From assembly GCA_963831235.1 (NCBI GenBank), contig CAWHPS010000035.1, positions 44,725 through 76,724 on the forward strand: a stretch of DNA of 32,000 nucleotides, read 5' to 3'. Positions within the stretch are counted from its first letter, which is position 1. Each line of letters starts with the position of its first letter. Both the position numbers and the translations under genes were made by a program. This stretch comes from an uncultured Fibrobacterota bacterium. Lineage in GTDB: Bacteria > Fibrobacterota > OXYB2-FULL-49-7 > JAEUSG01. The notes under the pieces are model-generated. The model was not told the origin of the DNA. It searched no databases and was given only the letters and a program-made list of their open reading frames with translations. Below, piece by piece: positions 9,058-18,619 of this stretch.

Positions 9058-12000
9058 TTACATGGTTTCTATTTCCTTTGATTCGAACCATTTGAATAGA
9101 GATGGAAGCACCAGCAAAGTCGCCATTGTAGCTGTCAGAAGACCACCAACAACAACCACGGCCAAAGGTTTTTGAATTTCCGAACCCGGACCCGTAGCAT
9201 ACAGCATAGGCAACAGGCTGAAAATGGTAATTGACGCAGTCATAAGTATGGGACGCAATCGCAAGATACAGGCCTGTGTTATTGCATGGCCGCGGGTTTG
9301 ACCATTACGCCTTAATTCCGTGATGTAAGAAATGAGAACAAGGCTGTTGAGTACGGAAACCCCGAAAAGAACAATAAACCCGACCGAGGCTGGAACGGAA
9401 AGATACAAGCCCGAAAGCTTGAGTGCAAACACCCCTCCGATAAGTGCAAACGGGAGGGTTGATAACACCAGAAATGACATGCGAATGGAATTGAATGAAA
9501 TATGAAGCAGGAGAAGGATAAGAGCAATTGCAAGCGGGGTGATAAGCAAAAACCTCTTCATGGCCTGCTGCTGGTTCTCGAATTGCCCACCCCAGGAAAG
9601 CAGATATCCTGAAGGCAAATCAACTTTTTCACGTATGCTCTTGTCCGCTTCCTTGACAAAAGAGGCAATGTCCCGACCTGCGATATTGACCTCGACTCCG
9701 ATTCGCCGGCTGCCATCTTCACGGCTGATTTGCACCGGGCCCTCGCCAACAACAATATCCGCAACCTCACGGAGAGGTATAGAGCCGCCATTATCCACCG
9801 GAATCATAAGGCTACCTATTTGTTCGGGAGAATTCCGGTACCTTGTTGCAAGTCGAACCGTCACATCTGTAAATTTATTTCCCTCCTGAATGCGGGTGAC
9901 CCTTTCTCCACCGATAGCTGTTGATACAAGCGAGAGAACGGAGCGGGCATTACATCCATATCGTGCTGTTTTTTCCCGATTCAGCTTAATTGTGATATAG
10001 GGTTGTCCACTGGTTTTCTCAACGACAATATCTGCAGTACCGCGGACTTTTGACACAACAGCACTGATTTCATCGGCTTTACTCTTCAATACATCCATAT
10101 CCGGACCGGAAAGCTTCGCAATCAACTGGGATCGCGTTCCTGACACCAATTCGTCTATCCGGCATTGAACCGGCTGGCTGAAACTGAATACCATGCCGGG
10201 AATATCAGCCAATGCGACTCGCATTTTCTCGAAAAGCTCTTCCTTTGTTTCCGCGCTGCTCCATTCCTTTTTAGGTTTTAGAATTCCCACATAACCGGTT
10301 TTGTCCACTCCACGCGCTTCAACAGCGATTCCAGTCTGTCCTGTTTTGCCTACAATAGATACAAGTTCCGGAAAACGCATAAGGCGCTTTTCGACTTCCA
10401 GAGAAATGGCTGCTGACCGTTCAAGTGAAATACCAGGCATCAGCTGAATATCCATGTCAAAAGCGCCCTCATCCATAACAGGAATGAACTCCTTGCCAAA
10501 CCTTGCGGCCGTAAATACCGCAAGGAGCAGAAGAAAAAATGAAATTGCCAGAACCCATTTGGGTCGCGCGGTACAAAACGCAAGCATCGGCAGGTAAACT
10601 TTTTTAACTGTTCTTATAATTCCGGTCTCTTCATGCTCCGACGGTTTCAAAAGCGTAAGGCAGATTGTGGGAACGACCAGGATGGAAAGAAACAACGAAG
10701 CTATCAGGGCTATGGCCACGGTCAGGGCCAGAGGGCTGAACATTTTCCCCTCCATGCCCTGAAGAGTCAGTATGGGAATAAAGGTCAGCGCAATAATTAG
10801 TTCTCCGTAAATACTGGGTTTGCGTACCTCCACTACAGCTTTGAGTACTGTGGTAATCCGTGCATTGCCTCTTTCACCTTTCAGCAGATGTCTCTGCACA
10901 TTTTCAACCTGAATAATTGTTGCATCGATAATCATACCGAGTGAAATGGCCAAACCTCCGAGCGACATCAAATTCGCGCTCATATTGAATACCTTCATGA
11001 TTACAAATGTCAGCAATATGGAAAGCGGGAGCACAAGTAAGACAGCTACTGCGCCGCGAAGGTTGCCGAGCAGGAGATAAAGCACAATAACCACAAGTAC
11101 CGCGCTTTCGATAAGGGATCGCACAACCGTCCGGATATTGTTTTTTACCATGTCGGAACGTACATAATATGGGGTGATTTGAACCCCGGCGGGAAGCAGC
11201 GTGCTTTTATTTATCTCTTCCACTTTTTTAACAACCTTTTGCACGACTTCCAGGCTGTTTTGACCTCGCAGCATGAGAACAATACCTCCAACAGCCTCAT
11301 CCTTGCCATCCCGCATAGCCAATCCCTGCCTTGGAACATGGCTCAGTGACACAGTAGCCACATCCCGGACTTGAATTGGAACGCCATCGCGGGATTTTAT
11401 TAAAATTCCATTAATATCATCAAGTGACCGCAGACTCCCTGTTCCACGAACAATCTGCTGCTCCTGTCCTGTAACAATAAATCCAGCACCGCTGTTCTGA
11501 TTGTTATCTTTCAGTGCGGACAGAAGGTCATCCATTGAAACCTGATACTGCATCATGTGGTAGGGGTCAGCTTCGATCAGATACTCCGAGACATACCCCC
11601 CAAAAGCATTTATTTCATTTACCCCTGAAACCCCCATTAAGGCAGGGGTGATTACCCAGTCCTGAAGGGTCCGAAGTTCCGTCAATTGTCGTATTTTTGC
11701 CGAATCAGAATTGACAGAAGGGGCGGTCAGAGTGTAGTGATATATTTCTCCCATTGCCGAGGCTATGGGACCCAGACGCTGTTCCACTCCATCAGGTAAT
11801 TCACCCGCTATTCCAGCAAGTCTTTCGAATACCTGTTGGCGTGCAAAATAGATGTCTGTATCATCATCAAAAACAACAATGACTACGGAAAGGCCGTATT
11901 TCGTGGTTGACCTTATACCGGTAAGTCCTGCAAGTCCACGCATGGCAATCTCAACAGGATAGGTAACCTGGCTTTCCAATTCCAGAGGAGAGAGGTTTGT

Positions 12001-12165
12001 GCTGGTGCTTAAAATTTCGACCTGGATACCGGAAACATCCGGAAATGCATCCAGTGACAATGTCCTTACAGAATAACTTCCGGCCAGAACAATGCATGCT
12101 ACAATAAAAAAGGCCAGTATTTTATTATTAAGTCCTGCCTGAATAATTTTATTCACAGGAAACAC
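9058..12165 (-). CDS. Heavy-metal efflux RND permease (CzcA/CusA family)
   Basis: 1035 aa: N-term ...FIVACIVLAGSYSVRTLSLDAFPDVSGIQVEILSTSTNLSPLELESQVTYPVE; TM4 region LAISLGMIIDATIIQVENV; typical HME-RND architecture. Confidence 0.95.
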   Translation of the reverse strand: MFPVNKIIQAGLNNKILAFFIVACIVLAGSYSVRTLSLDAFPDVSGIQVEILSTSTNLSPLELESQVTYPVEIAMRGLAGLTGIRSTTKYGLSVVIVVFDDDTDIYFARQQVFERLAGIAGELPDGVEQRLGPIASAMGEIYHYTLTAPSVNSDSAKIRQLTELRTLQDWVITPALMGVSGVNEINAFGGYVSEYLIEADPYHMMQYQVSMDDLLSALKDNNQNSGAGFIVTGQEQQIVRGTGSLRSLDDINGILIKSRDGVPIQVRDVATVSLSHVPRQGLAMRDGKDEAVGGIVLMLRGQNSLEVVQKVVKKVEEINKSTLLPAGVQITPYYVRSDMVKNNIRTVVRSLIESAVLVVIVLYLLLGNLRGAVAVLLVLPLSILLTFVIMKVFNMSANLMSLGGLAISLGMIIDATIIQVENVQRHLLKGERGNARITTVLKAVVEVRKPSIYGELIIALTFIPILTLQGMEGKMFSPLALTVAIALIASLFLSILVVPTICLTLLKPSEHEETGIIRTVKKVYLPMLAFCTARPKWVLAISFFLLLLAVFTAARFGKEFIPVMDEGAFDMDIQLMPGISLERSAAISLEVEKRLMRFPELVSIVGKTGQTGIAVEARGVDKTGYVGILKPKKEWSSAETKEELFEKMRVALADIPGMVFSFSQPVQCRIDELVSGTRSQLIAKLSGPDMDVLKSKADEISAVVSKVRGTADIVVEKTSGQPYITIKLNREKTARYGCNARSVLSLVSTAIGGERVTRIQEGNKFTDVTVRLATRYRNSPEQIGSLMIPVDNGGSIPLREVADIVVGEGPVQISREDGSRRIGVEVNIAGRDIASFVKEADKSIREKVDLPSGYLLSWGGQFENQQQAMKRFLLITPLAIALILLLLHISFNSIRMSFLVLSTLPFALIGGVFALKLSGLYLSVPASVGFIVLFGVSVLNSLVLISYITELRRNGQTRGHAITQACILRLRPILMTASITIFSLLPMLYATGPGSEIQKPLAVVVVGGLLTATMATLLVLPSLFKWFESKEIETM

Positions 12166-12245
12166 CTTTCTTTAACGGGCCATCCGCTTATGTGCAGAGC
12201 CCTTTGTTTATTTTAGTGACTCAAACCCAAGACAAAACGGACAAA

Positions 12246-13250
12246 TCAGTGAGAACAGAGATCGCCTTCACCCATTGCCTGGATCGCAAATTGTGTTTTT
12301 AATTCAAATGAACCCAAAACCACCAGGGTGTCACCAACGGAAAGTCCTTTTATAATTTCTGTCTTATAAGCCCCTTTTCTGTTAATTGTGATTGGAATGG
12401 CTTTAAACTCCACGGCGGTCTCAGGTATAAAGACATGCGGCTTGCCATCCAAGAGCTGGATGGCTTCATTTGGCACAAGCAGTGCGGGATTCGGTTCTTT
12501 ATGTTGAATCCGAAGTCTCACATAAGCTCCGGGTTTCCAGATTCCCCTGGAATTGGGCAGTACCATTCGTCCTTCAAGACTGCGGGTTTGTTCATTATGA
12601 AAAGGGCTGATGTAATCAATAGTACCGGTAGCCTCATGACCATCCGTTAAACTCATGACATGAACAGTAGCACCCCTGACGGCAATTTCCGCGTCAGCTC
12701 CAAAAATGGCAATGGTCACGGCAACCCTTGAAAGATCAGCTATAACAAACAGGTCTCTACCCGCTTCAACATATTCACCTGACACAATATGTTTTTCAAT
12801 GACGATCCCATTGCGGCTGGCCAGGATTGGATAAGTGCTGAGATTCTCATTGCTTTCAATTACAGCAAGTGTGTCACCAATTCGTACTTCATCACCGATA
12901 TTCCTAGCTGATTGTTTTGCAATGCCTGAAAAACGTGCGGCGGCGTGAAGTATATTTTCCTGTACCGGACCTATTTTACCAGGCAATTCCAGCTCCCTTA
13001 CAAGATGTTCCGTTGAAGCAATGCCAAGAGTTACCTTTATCGCCTCGAGCTTTGCGGGTGTCAGGATGACACAAAGATCAGGCTCCGCTGCTTTGATTGA
13101 CCCTTCTTCGTACCCATCATGTTCCTCACTAACTAATGCATTCTCTTCTTGCCCTTCGTGCTTTTCGCTGGTACTTTTCTTTCCACCCCTGCATCCCATG
13201 GTCAAAAAAAGTGTGCCTGCCAGCACTATTGTGATTATTGTTGTCCGCAT
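12246..13250 (-). CDS. Efflux RND periplasmic adaptor subunit (CzcB/CusB-like lipoprotein)
   Basis: 334 aa, lipobox-like LFLTMGC, GDTLAVIESNENLSTYPILASRNGIVIEKHIVSGEYVEAG (lipoyl/barrel-sandwich), in operon with the RND permease. Confidence 0.9.
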   Translation of the reverse strand: MRTTIITIVLAGTLFLTMGCRGGKKSTSEKHEGQEENALVSEEHDGYEEGSIKAAEPDLCVILTPAKLEAIKVTLGIASTEHLVRELELPGKIGPVQENILHAAARFSGIAKQSARNIGDEVRIGDTLAVIESNENLSTYPILASRNGIVIEKHIVSGEYVEAGRDLFVIADLSRVAVTIAIFGADAEIAVRGATVHVMSLTDGHEATGTIDYISPFHNEQTRSLEGRMVLPNSRGIWKPGAYVRLRIQHKEPNPALLVPNEAIQLLDGKPHVFIPETAVEFKAIPITINRKGAYKTEIIKGLSVGDTLVVLGSFELKTQFAIQAMGEGDLCSH

Positions 13251-13274
13251 GATCTTTCACTCCTTCTTTGAATA

Positions 13275-14522
13275 TTATTGTTGTCCGGTAAGTTCAATGA
13301 TATCCGCTTGTACAAACCTGATTTCGGTTTCCGCATTCAAATAATCCCGCCAGGCATCCACAAGTTCGCGCTGTGCGGTGACAAGATCCACATAGCTGCT
13401 TTTGCCGGCTTCAAACAGCCTCCTTATCTCCGAAAGGACTTCAACTGTCTGGGGTATGACCTTGCCTTTCAATTCCATGGCTTTGTATTCAAGTCGATCT
13501 ATTTCGCCGAAACGCTGCATCAGCCTGGCATAAAGTTCATTTTTTTCCGCATCCGCTTTTCCGTCAGCGGCCTCTGCTTTATTCCGTGCAGCCATTACAG
13601 CATCCTTATTCCGGTTAAAAAACGGCAATTCCACCCGTGCCCCTATGGCAAACCGTTCATCATCAGCTTTTGCATTTCGGATATAACCGCCCTCTAAAGA
13701 AAAACCCGGAACACGTTCAGCTCGACTGATCGCCTCATTTGCTTTTGCTGCAGCGACTTCCGCAAAAACTGATTGCAATACGGGACTTCGCTCCAAATAA
13801 ATTTTCATGCTGTCCCGTATATGCGAGAGCTTGACGGAATGCAATTCCCCTGAAATGTCCCTTATCATGCCGGGGGCCGAACCCCACAAAGCACCAAGCA
13901 TAATAATGCTGTTTTCATACTCCCGGGAATAAGAGTTATATTCCATACGCAGGAGGGTTAAATCCTTCAGGCTGCGCAGGAGTTCAGTCTTTCCGGCACG
14001 TCCGTTTTCCACCTGTCTTTCGATGGATGTTCGTATGCTTTCGGCAAACAGAATAAGGCTGTCAATCTGCTCTAGCTGCTTCCTGCAACCCAGAGCCTTG
14101 TAAAAGCGCCTGTGCGTTTCAGCAATTACTGCAGCGCGTTTGATATAATATTCAGCATAAGCTTTAATTGAATCCGCACGGGCCATCCTGATACGCGCCC
14201 GCCTTTTTCCGCCGAGTTCCATTGGCTGGGACAGTTTAAGACTTGTTTCATCGCTTCCCATATTTTCGGTTTCAAACGCAAGCTCCGGGTTGAGGAACCT
14301 TCCGGTCTGTTTTATTTCATACTTCGCCGCATCCTTTTCCTTAAGCGCCGCCTTAATTCCGCTGTTGTATTCAAGCGTATAGATTATTGCCTTGTTTATG
14401 GTAAGCACTTCCTGCGCACAAACATGAATAGACAGCATAAGAAACAAGCCTGACACCTTTTTCTTCCATGTAAATTTAAATGCCATAAATTCCCCTTTCA
14501 TATAGGAAATGAACCTGCCCAT
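13275..14522 (-). CDS. TolC-family outer-membrane efflux protein (CzcC-like)
   Basis: 415 aa with signal peptide, ALKEKDAAKYEIKQTGRFLNPELAFETENMG...; adjacent to the adaptor and permease. Confidence 0.9.
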   Translation of the reverse strand: MGRFISYMKGEFMAFKFTWKKKVSGLFLMLSIHVCAQEVLTINKAIIYTLEYNSGIKAALKEKDAAKYEIKQTGRFLNPELAFETENMGSDETSLKLSQPMELGGKRRARIRMARADSIKAYAEYYIKRAAVIAETHRRFYKALGCRKQLEQIDSLILFAESIRTSIERQVENGRAGKTELLRSLKDLTLLRMEYNSYSREYENSIIMLGALWGSAPGMIRDISGELHSVKLSHIRDSMKIYLERSPVLQSVFAEVAAAKANEAISRAERVPGFSLEGGYIRNAKADDERFAIGARVELPFFNRNKDAVMAARNKAEAADGKADAEKNELYARLMQRFGEIDRLEYKAMELKGKVIPQTVEVLSEIRRLFEAGKSSYVDLVTAQRELVDAWRDYLNAETEIRFVQADIIELTGQQ

Positions 14523-14594
14523 GATCGGACAGTAATACAGATAATCAATCGATAGTCATCAAGATTATGCGATTAATAAAATTGGAACGAATGA

Positions 14595-14969
14595 TTAGAT
14601 GCGAAGCACTTTGGGCAAATCGGGATTCAGACAGGACAAGAAGTCAATTCCGGCAATCACTTTTGCAGAATACAATGCAATTGCAGGATAGCTTATGGAA
14701 GAAGAGATCATTTGATCGCAGACAGAGTCTCTTGCATTAAAAAAAGACAAAGAATTGATTCGAACATGGGGCTCGGCTGGTTGTGAAGCATGACAATGAC
14801 ATTCACAGGTATCAGGGGATTGCTCAAACAGAGTTTCGGCTCCAGACTTATCCATTTCTTCCACCAAACAGGAAAAACAGAATGAAGTGGAATAAATTAA
14901 TGAAAATGAAATTATTAATCTGATTAACAAATTTTTCATAAGTGATATGATAAATTTAACAAATGTCAT
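14595..14969 (-). CDS. Small secreted/membrane Cys/His-rich hypothetical protein, first gene of the efflux operon
   Basis: 124 aa with signal-like N-terminus and CECHCHASQPAEPH motif; codirectional with and upstream of the czc/cus-like genes. Confidence 0.6.
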   Translation of the reverse strand: MTFVKFIISLMKNLLIRLIISFSLIYSTSFCFSCLVEEMDKSGAETLFEQSPDTCECHCHASQPAEPHVRINSLSFFNARDSVCDQMISSSISYPAIALYSAKVIAGIDFLSCLNPDLPKVLRI

Positions 14970-15001
14970 TCTTTAAGTCAAATCAACTTTTGATTATCGC
15001 G

Positions 15002-15010
15002 CTTTGGTTC
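15002..15010. repeat. Target-site duplication, left copy (CTTTGGTTC)
   Basis: Identical to 17067-17075. Confidence 0.9.
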
Positions 15011-15037
15011 GGGTGCATGACAGCTAATGCATAGCCC

Positions 15038-16640
15038 CTACGCGGCATTTCTCAAGAAAACCCGGTTTGCCTCCGCGAGGAACAGCATTCTTTTGTCCCA
15101 AAAAGTGTCCCATCGCTTGGTTGTCGATAATTCGGCTGCCCGTATTTGCATAACAGCCTCCACTTTATTTTCTGTCCAGAACTTATCAGAGGCTTTCACT
15201 CTTTGATTGACCTGCTTGATAAGACTCTCCACCCGACAACTCGATACCGGTAATCCCAACTTTCGGATACGTGGATAATCCATTCTGGAAGCATTTTCAT
15301 TGATATAGTGGATTGCTCTTCTCAGGATGATTCGTGGGTCACTATCGGACGCTTGCTTCGGAGGCAAACCAATTTCCGTTTGTTTTTGTGACAAAAGGTT
15401 TAATATAGGCACCACTTCACCCTTCCATGCATGAGTAATCAACGTGACATAGAAAAGCCACGCCTGCTCCTGGGACTTGACCGTGGCTTGGGCAACAGCG
15501 AATAGATGCTCAACGAGATGGACAAAGTCCAAGAGCGCTAACCAGTGACTGAAGAACATCTCATAGACCAACCAATTGCCCGTGCCCCCATCTGAGATAA
15601 ACAGTTTTTTCGGAGCTGCGTTGAGATTCAGTCTTTCAGCTTCATTCCGTACCAATGGAGCGAAACCTTTTGCATCCAACATGCTGACCACACAGCTTTT
15701 CAGCAGGATGGTGTCTTTCTTGTGCGTATGCGGTTGAGGGGGGAGTGAAACTGTATTATTGACCTTTTCTTTTTCGGTTGCTTTGGCATGCCCAGCCAAG
15801 CCCGTTACCAAGGCACGAACAGAATCTTTATCGATGAAGACTGTTGGAACCTCTGGATGTGGGTCCACCTCATGACTGTCCGCTTCCATTATCTGGAGAT
15901 GGGCGATATTGTCTGCTTTCCATTGGGGGTTGTGTACTCCGGGTAGATCGTTTTCCGCACGGGTTTGAACACGTCCACCATCGACCGAGACAACCGATGC
16001 TGGAGGGTTTTTGGGGACAACAGTTTGATCCACAAGCTGGCTATGGTCACGGACGGATAATAATTCTTTGCCAATTTTATCTGTGATTCTGGCAATTTGC
16101 CGATAACTGATGAAAATATCGCCTATCTCTGCTAAAACAGTTTCTGCCTGTTGATACGAATTGCAATTGCCACCAGCCCAACTGATTTTCTTAAGCAGAG
16201 AGGGGCTGTAATCGACACTATCAAACCCCAATAAACGACGCCAGGGGGGAAAAATCCCGCCGACATTTCTGACAGCCGAATATGGGTGCTGCAAACGGGA
16301 GTTTTCCTACTGCCGTATTAACCATCACGGATTCTTCTTTTGCTTTCTTTTCTGCGTCTTCTTTTCGCTTGCTGGGTGTATGACATTTGGGACAATCGCA
16401 TTCTTTGGCAAGCAGTACTTCGATTAACACAGGATCCATTAGAATGCTCTTTTCCAGAAGATATTCTCCAATCTCTTTGCCTAAGGCAACGACCAGTTCC
16501 TCCCTCTCTGTAATAGTCGGGAAATGCCCATCGGATTGTCGCCCTGTCTTTTGTTTGATTCGCTCCAGCATACCATCCATCATTTGAAGTAGTTCGTTCC
16601 GGATTCCGTCCCACGAATCGGTTGATGTAACCTTTGACAT
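15038..16640 (-). CDS. ISKra4-like transposase in two overlapping frames (16221-16640 N-term, 15038-16294 C-term)
   Basis: N-term ORF has CDCPKCHTPSKR...FGCQKCRRDFSP (zinc-binding) and the second ORF continues WRRLLGFDSVDYSPSLLKKISWAGG...VSVDGGRVQTR...FISDGGTGNWLV...; the frame change falls at a TTTTTCCCCCC run. Confidence 0.75.
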
Positions 16641-16646
16641 TTTCTT

Positions 16647-16940
16647 TCACTCCTTTCTTGTTCTCCTTTTTGCACGATAGGACTTCAATAGCCCCTGTAT
16701 CGTTTTATGTGTGTTAGATTCAATTTCCCTGTTCATTACTTTCCATTGTTTGCAGAATGATTGGATGCTTTTGACCAGTTCTTGCGGAATATGGACGGTG
16801 TAGGTCTTTCCTGATTTCCGGTAGGATAAATAATAAGCGGAATGAAGCTCGTTATCCGTGCAGTGGCAGTTCTTTTTACCGCACTTGAAGTGGGTTTGCC
16901 CTAAGGATGCTTTGAGGTAGGGGGTTGTATCCTTTTGCAT
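16647..16940 (-). CDS. DUF6788-like small protein inside the IS (97 aa)
   Basis: YLKASLGQTHFKCGKKNCHCTDNELHSAYYLSYRKSGKTYTVHIPQELVKSIQSFCKQW; this type of small Cys protein is commonly found next to transposases. Confidence 0.6.
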   Translation of the reverse strand: MQKDTTPYLKASLGQTHFKCGKKNCHCTDNELHSAYYLSYRKSGKTYTVHIPQELVKSIQSFCKQWKVMNREIESNTHKTIQGLLKSYRAKRRTRKE

Positions 16941-17066
16941 AGCCTTATTATAATATTATAACAAGATAATGTCAAGAAATATTTTTGTTAAATTCATTAA
17001 AATCGGAAAGGCGATCGGATTTTACAGGGTACCTACATTTTTGACTACATTAGCTGTCATGCACCC

Positions 17067-17075
17067 CTTTGGTTC
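17067..17075. repeat. Target-site duplication, right copy (CTTTGGTTC)
   Basis: Identical to 15002-15010. Confidence 0.9.
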
Positions 17076-17082
17076 GTTCTGC

Positions 17083-17127
17083 TTGAAAATAAGATTGTGA
17101 TAATTTATATTTCGTTAAATGACGAAA
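17083..17127 (+). promoter_or_regulatory. Candidate sigma70-type promoter and overlapping operator for the arsR-hgcAB operon
   Basis: TTGAAA (17083-17088) - 17 bp - TATATT (17106-17111); inverted repeat TTTCGT (17110-17115) - N6 - ACGAAA (17122-17127) overlaps the -10 and the arsR ATG. Confidence 0.6.
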
Positions 17128-17520
17128 CATAAAAATACCATATCGCGACCCGTTTCCAGGCCCTTTGAGAATGCATCCGGGTGCACAACCATAATTCTTT
17201 TTTCGCGCCTTGCTTACGCACTATCAGATCCAAACCGTTTGCGAGCGCTTCTTTCCCTTAAAGACGGCGAATTATGCGTCTGCAAAATCACGGAACTTTT
17301 ACGTCTTGCACCGTCAACTGTTTCCAAACACATGTCTGTTTTAAAAAGCAGCGGTCTTGTTGAATCCCGCAAAGAAGGGCGCTGGATATACTACAGGCTT
17401 CCGGTTAAATCAGCAAGTCCTGCTGTTCGGGATGCCCTTAAACTCGTCTTCTCTTGTACAGAATGCGATCCGATATTAGTAAAAGATCAGGCTGCCCTTA
17501 AAAAGATTTGCAGTTGCTAG
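17119..17520 (+). CDS. arsR: ArsR/SmtB-family metalloregulator
   Basis: LSDPNRLRALLSLKDGELCVCKITELLRLAPSTVSKHMSVLKSSGLVESRKEGRWIYYRLP: ELCVC metal-sensing box and winged helix; extra C-terminal CTECDP...CSC. Confidence 0.93.
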   Translation: MTKHKNTISRPVSRPFENASGCTTIILFSRLAYALSDPNRLRALLSLKDGELCVCKITELLRLAPSTVSKHMSVLKSSGLVESRKEGRWIYYRLPVKSASPAVRDALKLVFSCTECDPILVKDQAALKKICSC

Positions 17521-17542
17521 TAAACAATCGCAAGGAGCATGT

Positions 17543-18619
17543 ATGTCAAATGCCTGTTGCGGAACAATGTCTAAAAATAATGGAACAGACACCCTTGCCC
17601 CTTCACCCTGGTCCATTGATTCCATCTGGAAATTTGCTGATTATTATGGTGCAATTGCTGTAAGGCTTTTTGACTCCAAAAGAAACAGCTATAAGGTCAA
17701 TCCGGGCCTGTACAAACTGGGCCATCCTGCACCCGACTCTCCTGTGTTTGCGTCTGCCAATTACAAATTAAGCTTTGATATCCTGCGTAAATCGCTCTCT
17801 AATATTGATTGCTGGATTCTTGTCCTAGATACCAAGGGAATAAACGTCTGGTGCGCTGCTGGAAAAGGCACATTTGGAACAAATGAATTGAATAAGCAGA
17901 TCATGCTTACCAATCTGCACAACAAAGTAACGCATCGTAAAATTATTGTGCCGCAACTTGGCGCATCTAATTTAAAGGCGCATGAGGTCAAAAAACTCAC
18001 GGATTTTCATGTTGAATACGGGCCTGTTCGGGCTCGGGATTTAAAGGAATATCTGAATAACGGTCATAAGGCATCTGCCAAAATGCGTGCAATCCAATTT
18101 CCAATGTATGATCGTTTTATACTTACACCAATGGAAATAGCACAAGCCTATAAACCTGTTTTAATTTTTCTAATATGCTCTATTTTCCTGACAGGGGTAA
18201 TCAAATCTAATCTTCAGGTAACACAGGTTTGGCGGCTAATGCTTCCAATTATTCTTGGAAGCCTTATAAGCCTTGCAGGAGGAGCATTTATTACTCCTCT
18301 TTTCCTGCCCTTTATTCCATTTCGTTCTTTTGCCTTGAAAGGTCTTTGGGTTGGCATTTTGTGCATTGGTATTTACCTTGGTTGTAATCCGGAGATTTTT
18401 AATTCTTTGCCGCTCTTCATTTTCCTCTGTATTATGGCGCCAGCTTTCAGTTCTTTTCTTGCGCTGAATTTTACTGGAGCATCCACATTCACCAATCCTT
18501 CGGGTGTTAAAAAAGAGATGAAGGCTTCAATCCCTTTCTATATAGGGGCTGCGGCAATTTCGCTTTCTTTACTTATTGCATTTTTCATACAAATCTGGAG
18601 GGCCAAATGGTATATATGA
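17543..18619 (+). CDS. hgcA: Mercury-methylation corrinoid protein HgcA
   Basis: 358 aa: YKVNPGLYKLGHPAPDSPVFASANYKLSFDILRKSL...DCWILVLDTKGINVWCAAGKGTFGTNEL, the diagnostic N(V/I)WCA(A/G)GK cap-helix motif, followed by C-terminal transmembrane helices. Confidence 0.95.
   Translation: MSNACCGTMSKNNGTDTLAPSPWSIDSIWKFADYYGAIAVRLFDSKRNSYKVNPGLYKLGHPAPDSPVFASANYKLSFDILRKSLSNIDCWILVLDTKGINVWCAAGKGTFGTNELNKQIMLTNLHNKVTHRKIIVPQLGASNLKAHEVKKLTDFHVEYGPVRARDLKEYLNNGHKASAKMRAIQFPMYDRFILTPMEIAQAYKPVLIFLICSIFLTGVIKSNLQVTQVWRLMLPIILGSLISLAGGAFITPLFLPFIPFRSFALKGLWVGILCIGIYLGCNPEIFNSLPLFIFLCIMAPAFSSFLALNFTGASTFTNPSGVKKEMKASIPFYIGAAAISLSLLIAFFIQIWRAKWYI

Larger units (their letters stand above)
15011..17066 (-). 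mobile_element. Complete insertion sequence, ISKra4-like, 2056 bp
   Basis: Perfect 19-bp terminal inverted repeats GGGTGCATGACAGCTAATG (15011-15029) and CATTAGCTGTCATGCACCC (17048-17066), 9-bp direct repeat CTTTGGTTC on both sides (15002-15010, 17067-17075), three internal minus-strand ORFs. The GGG ends and transposase sequence suggest the ISKra4 family. Confidence 0.93.
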
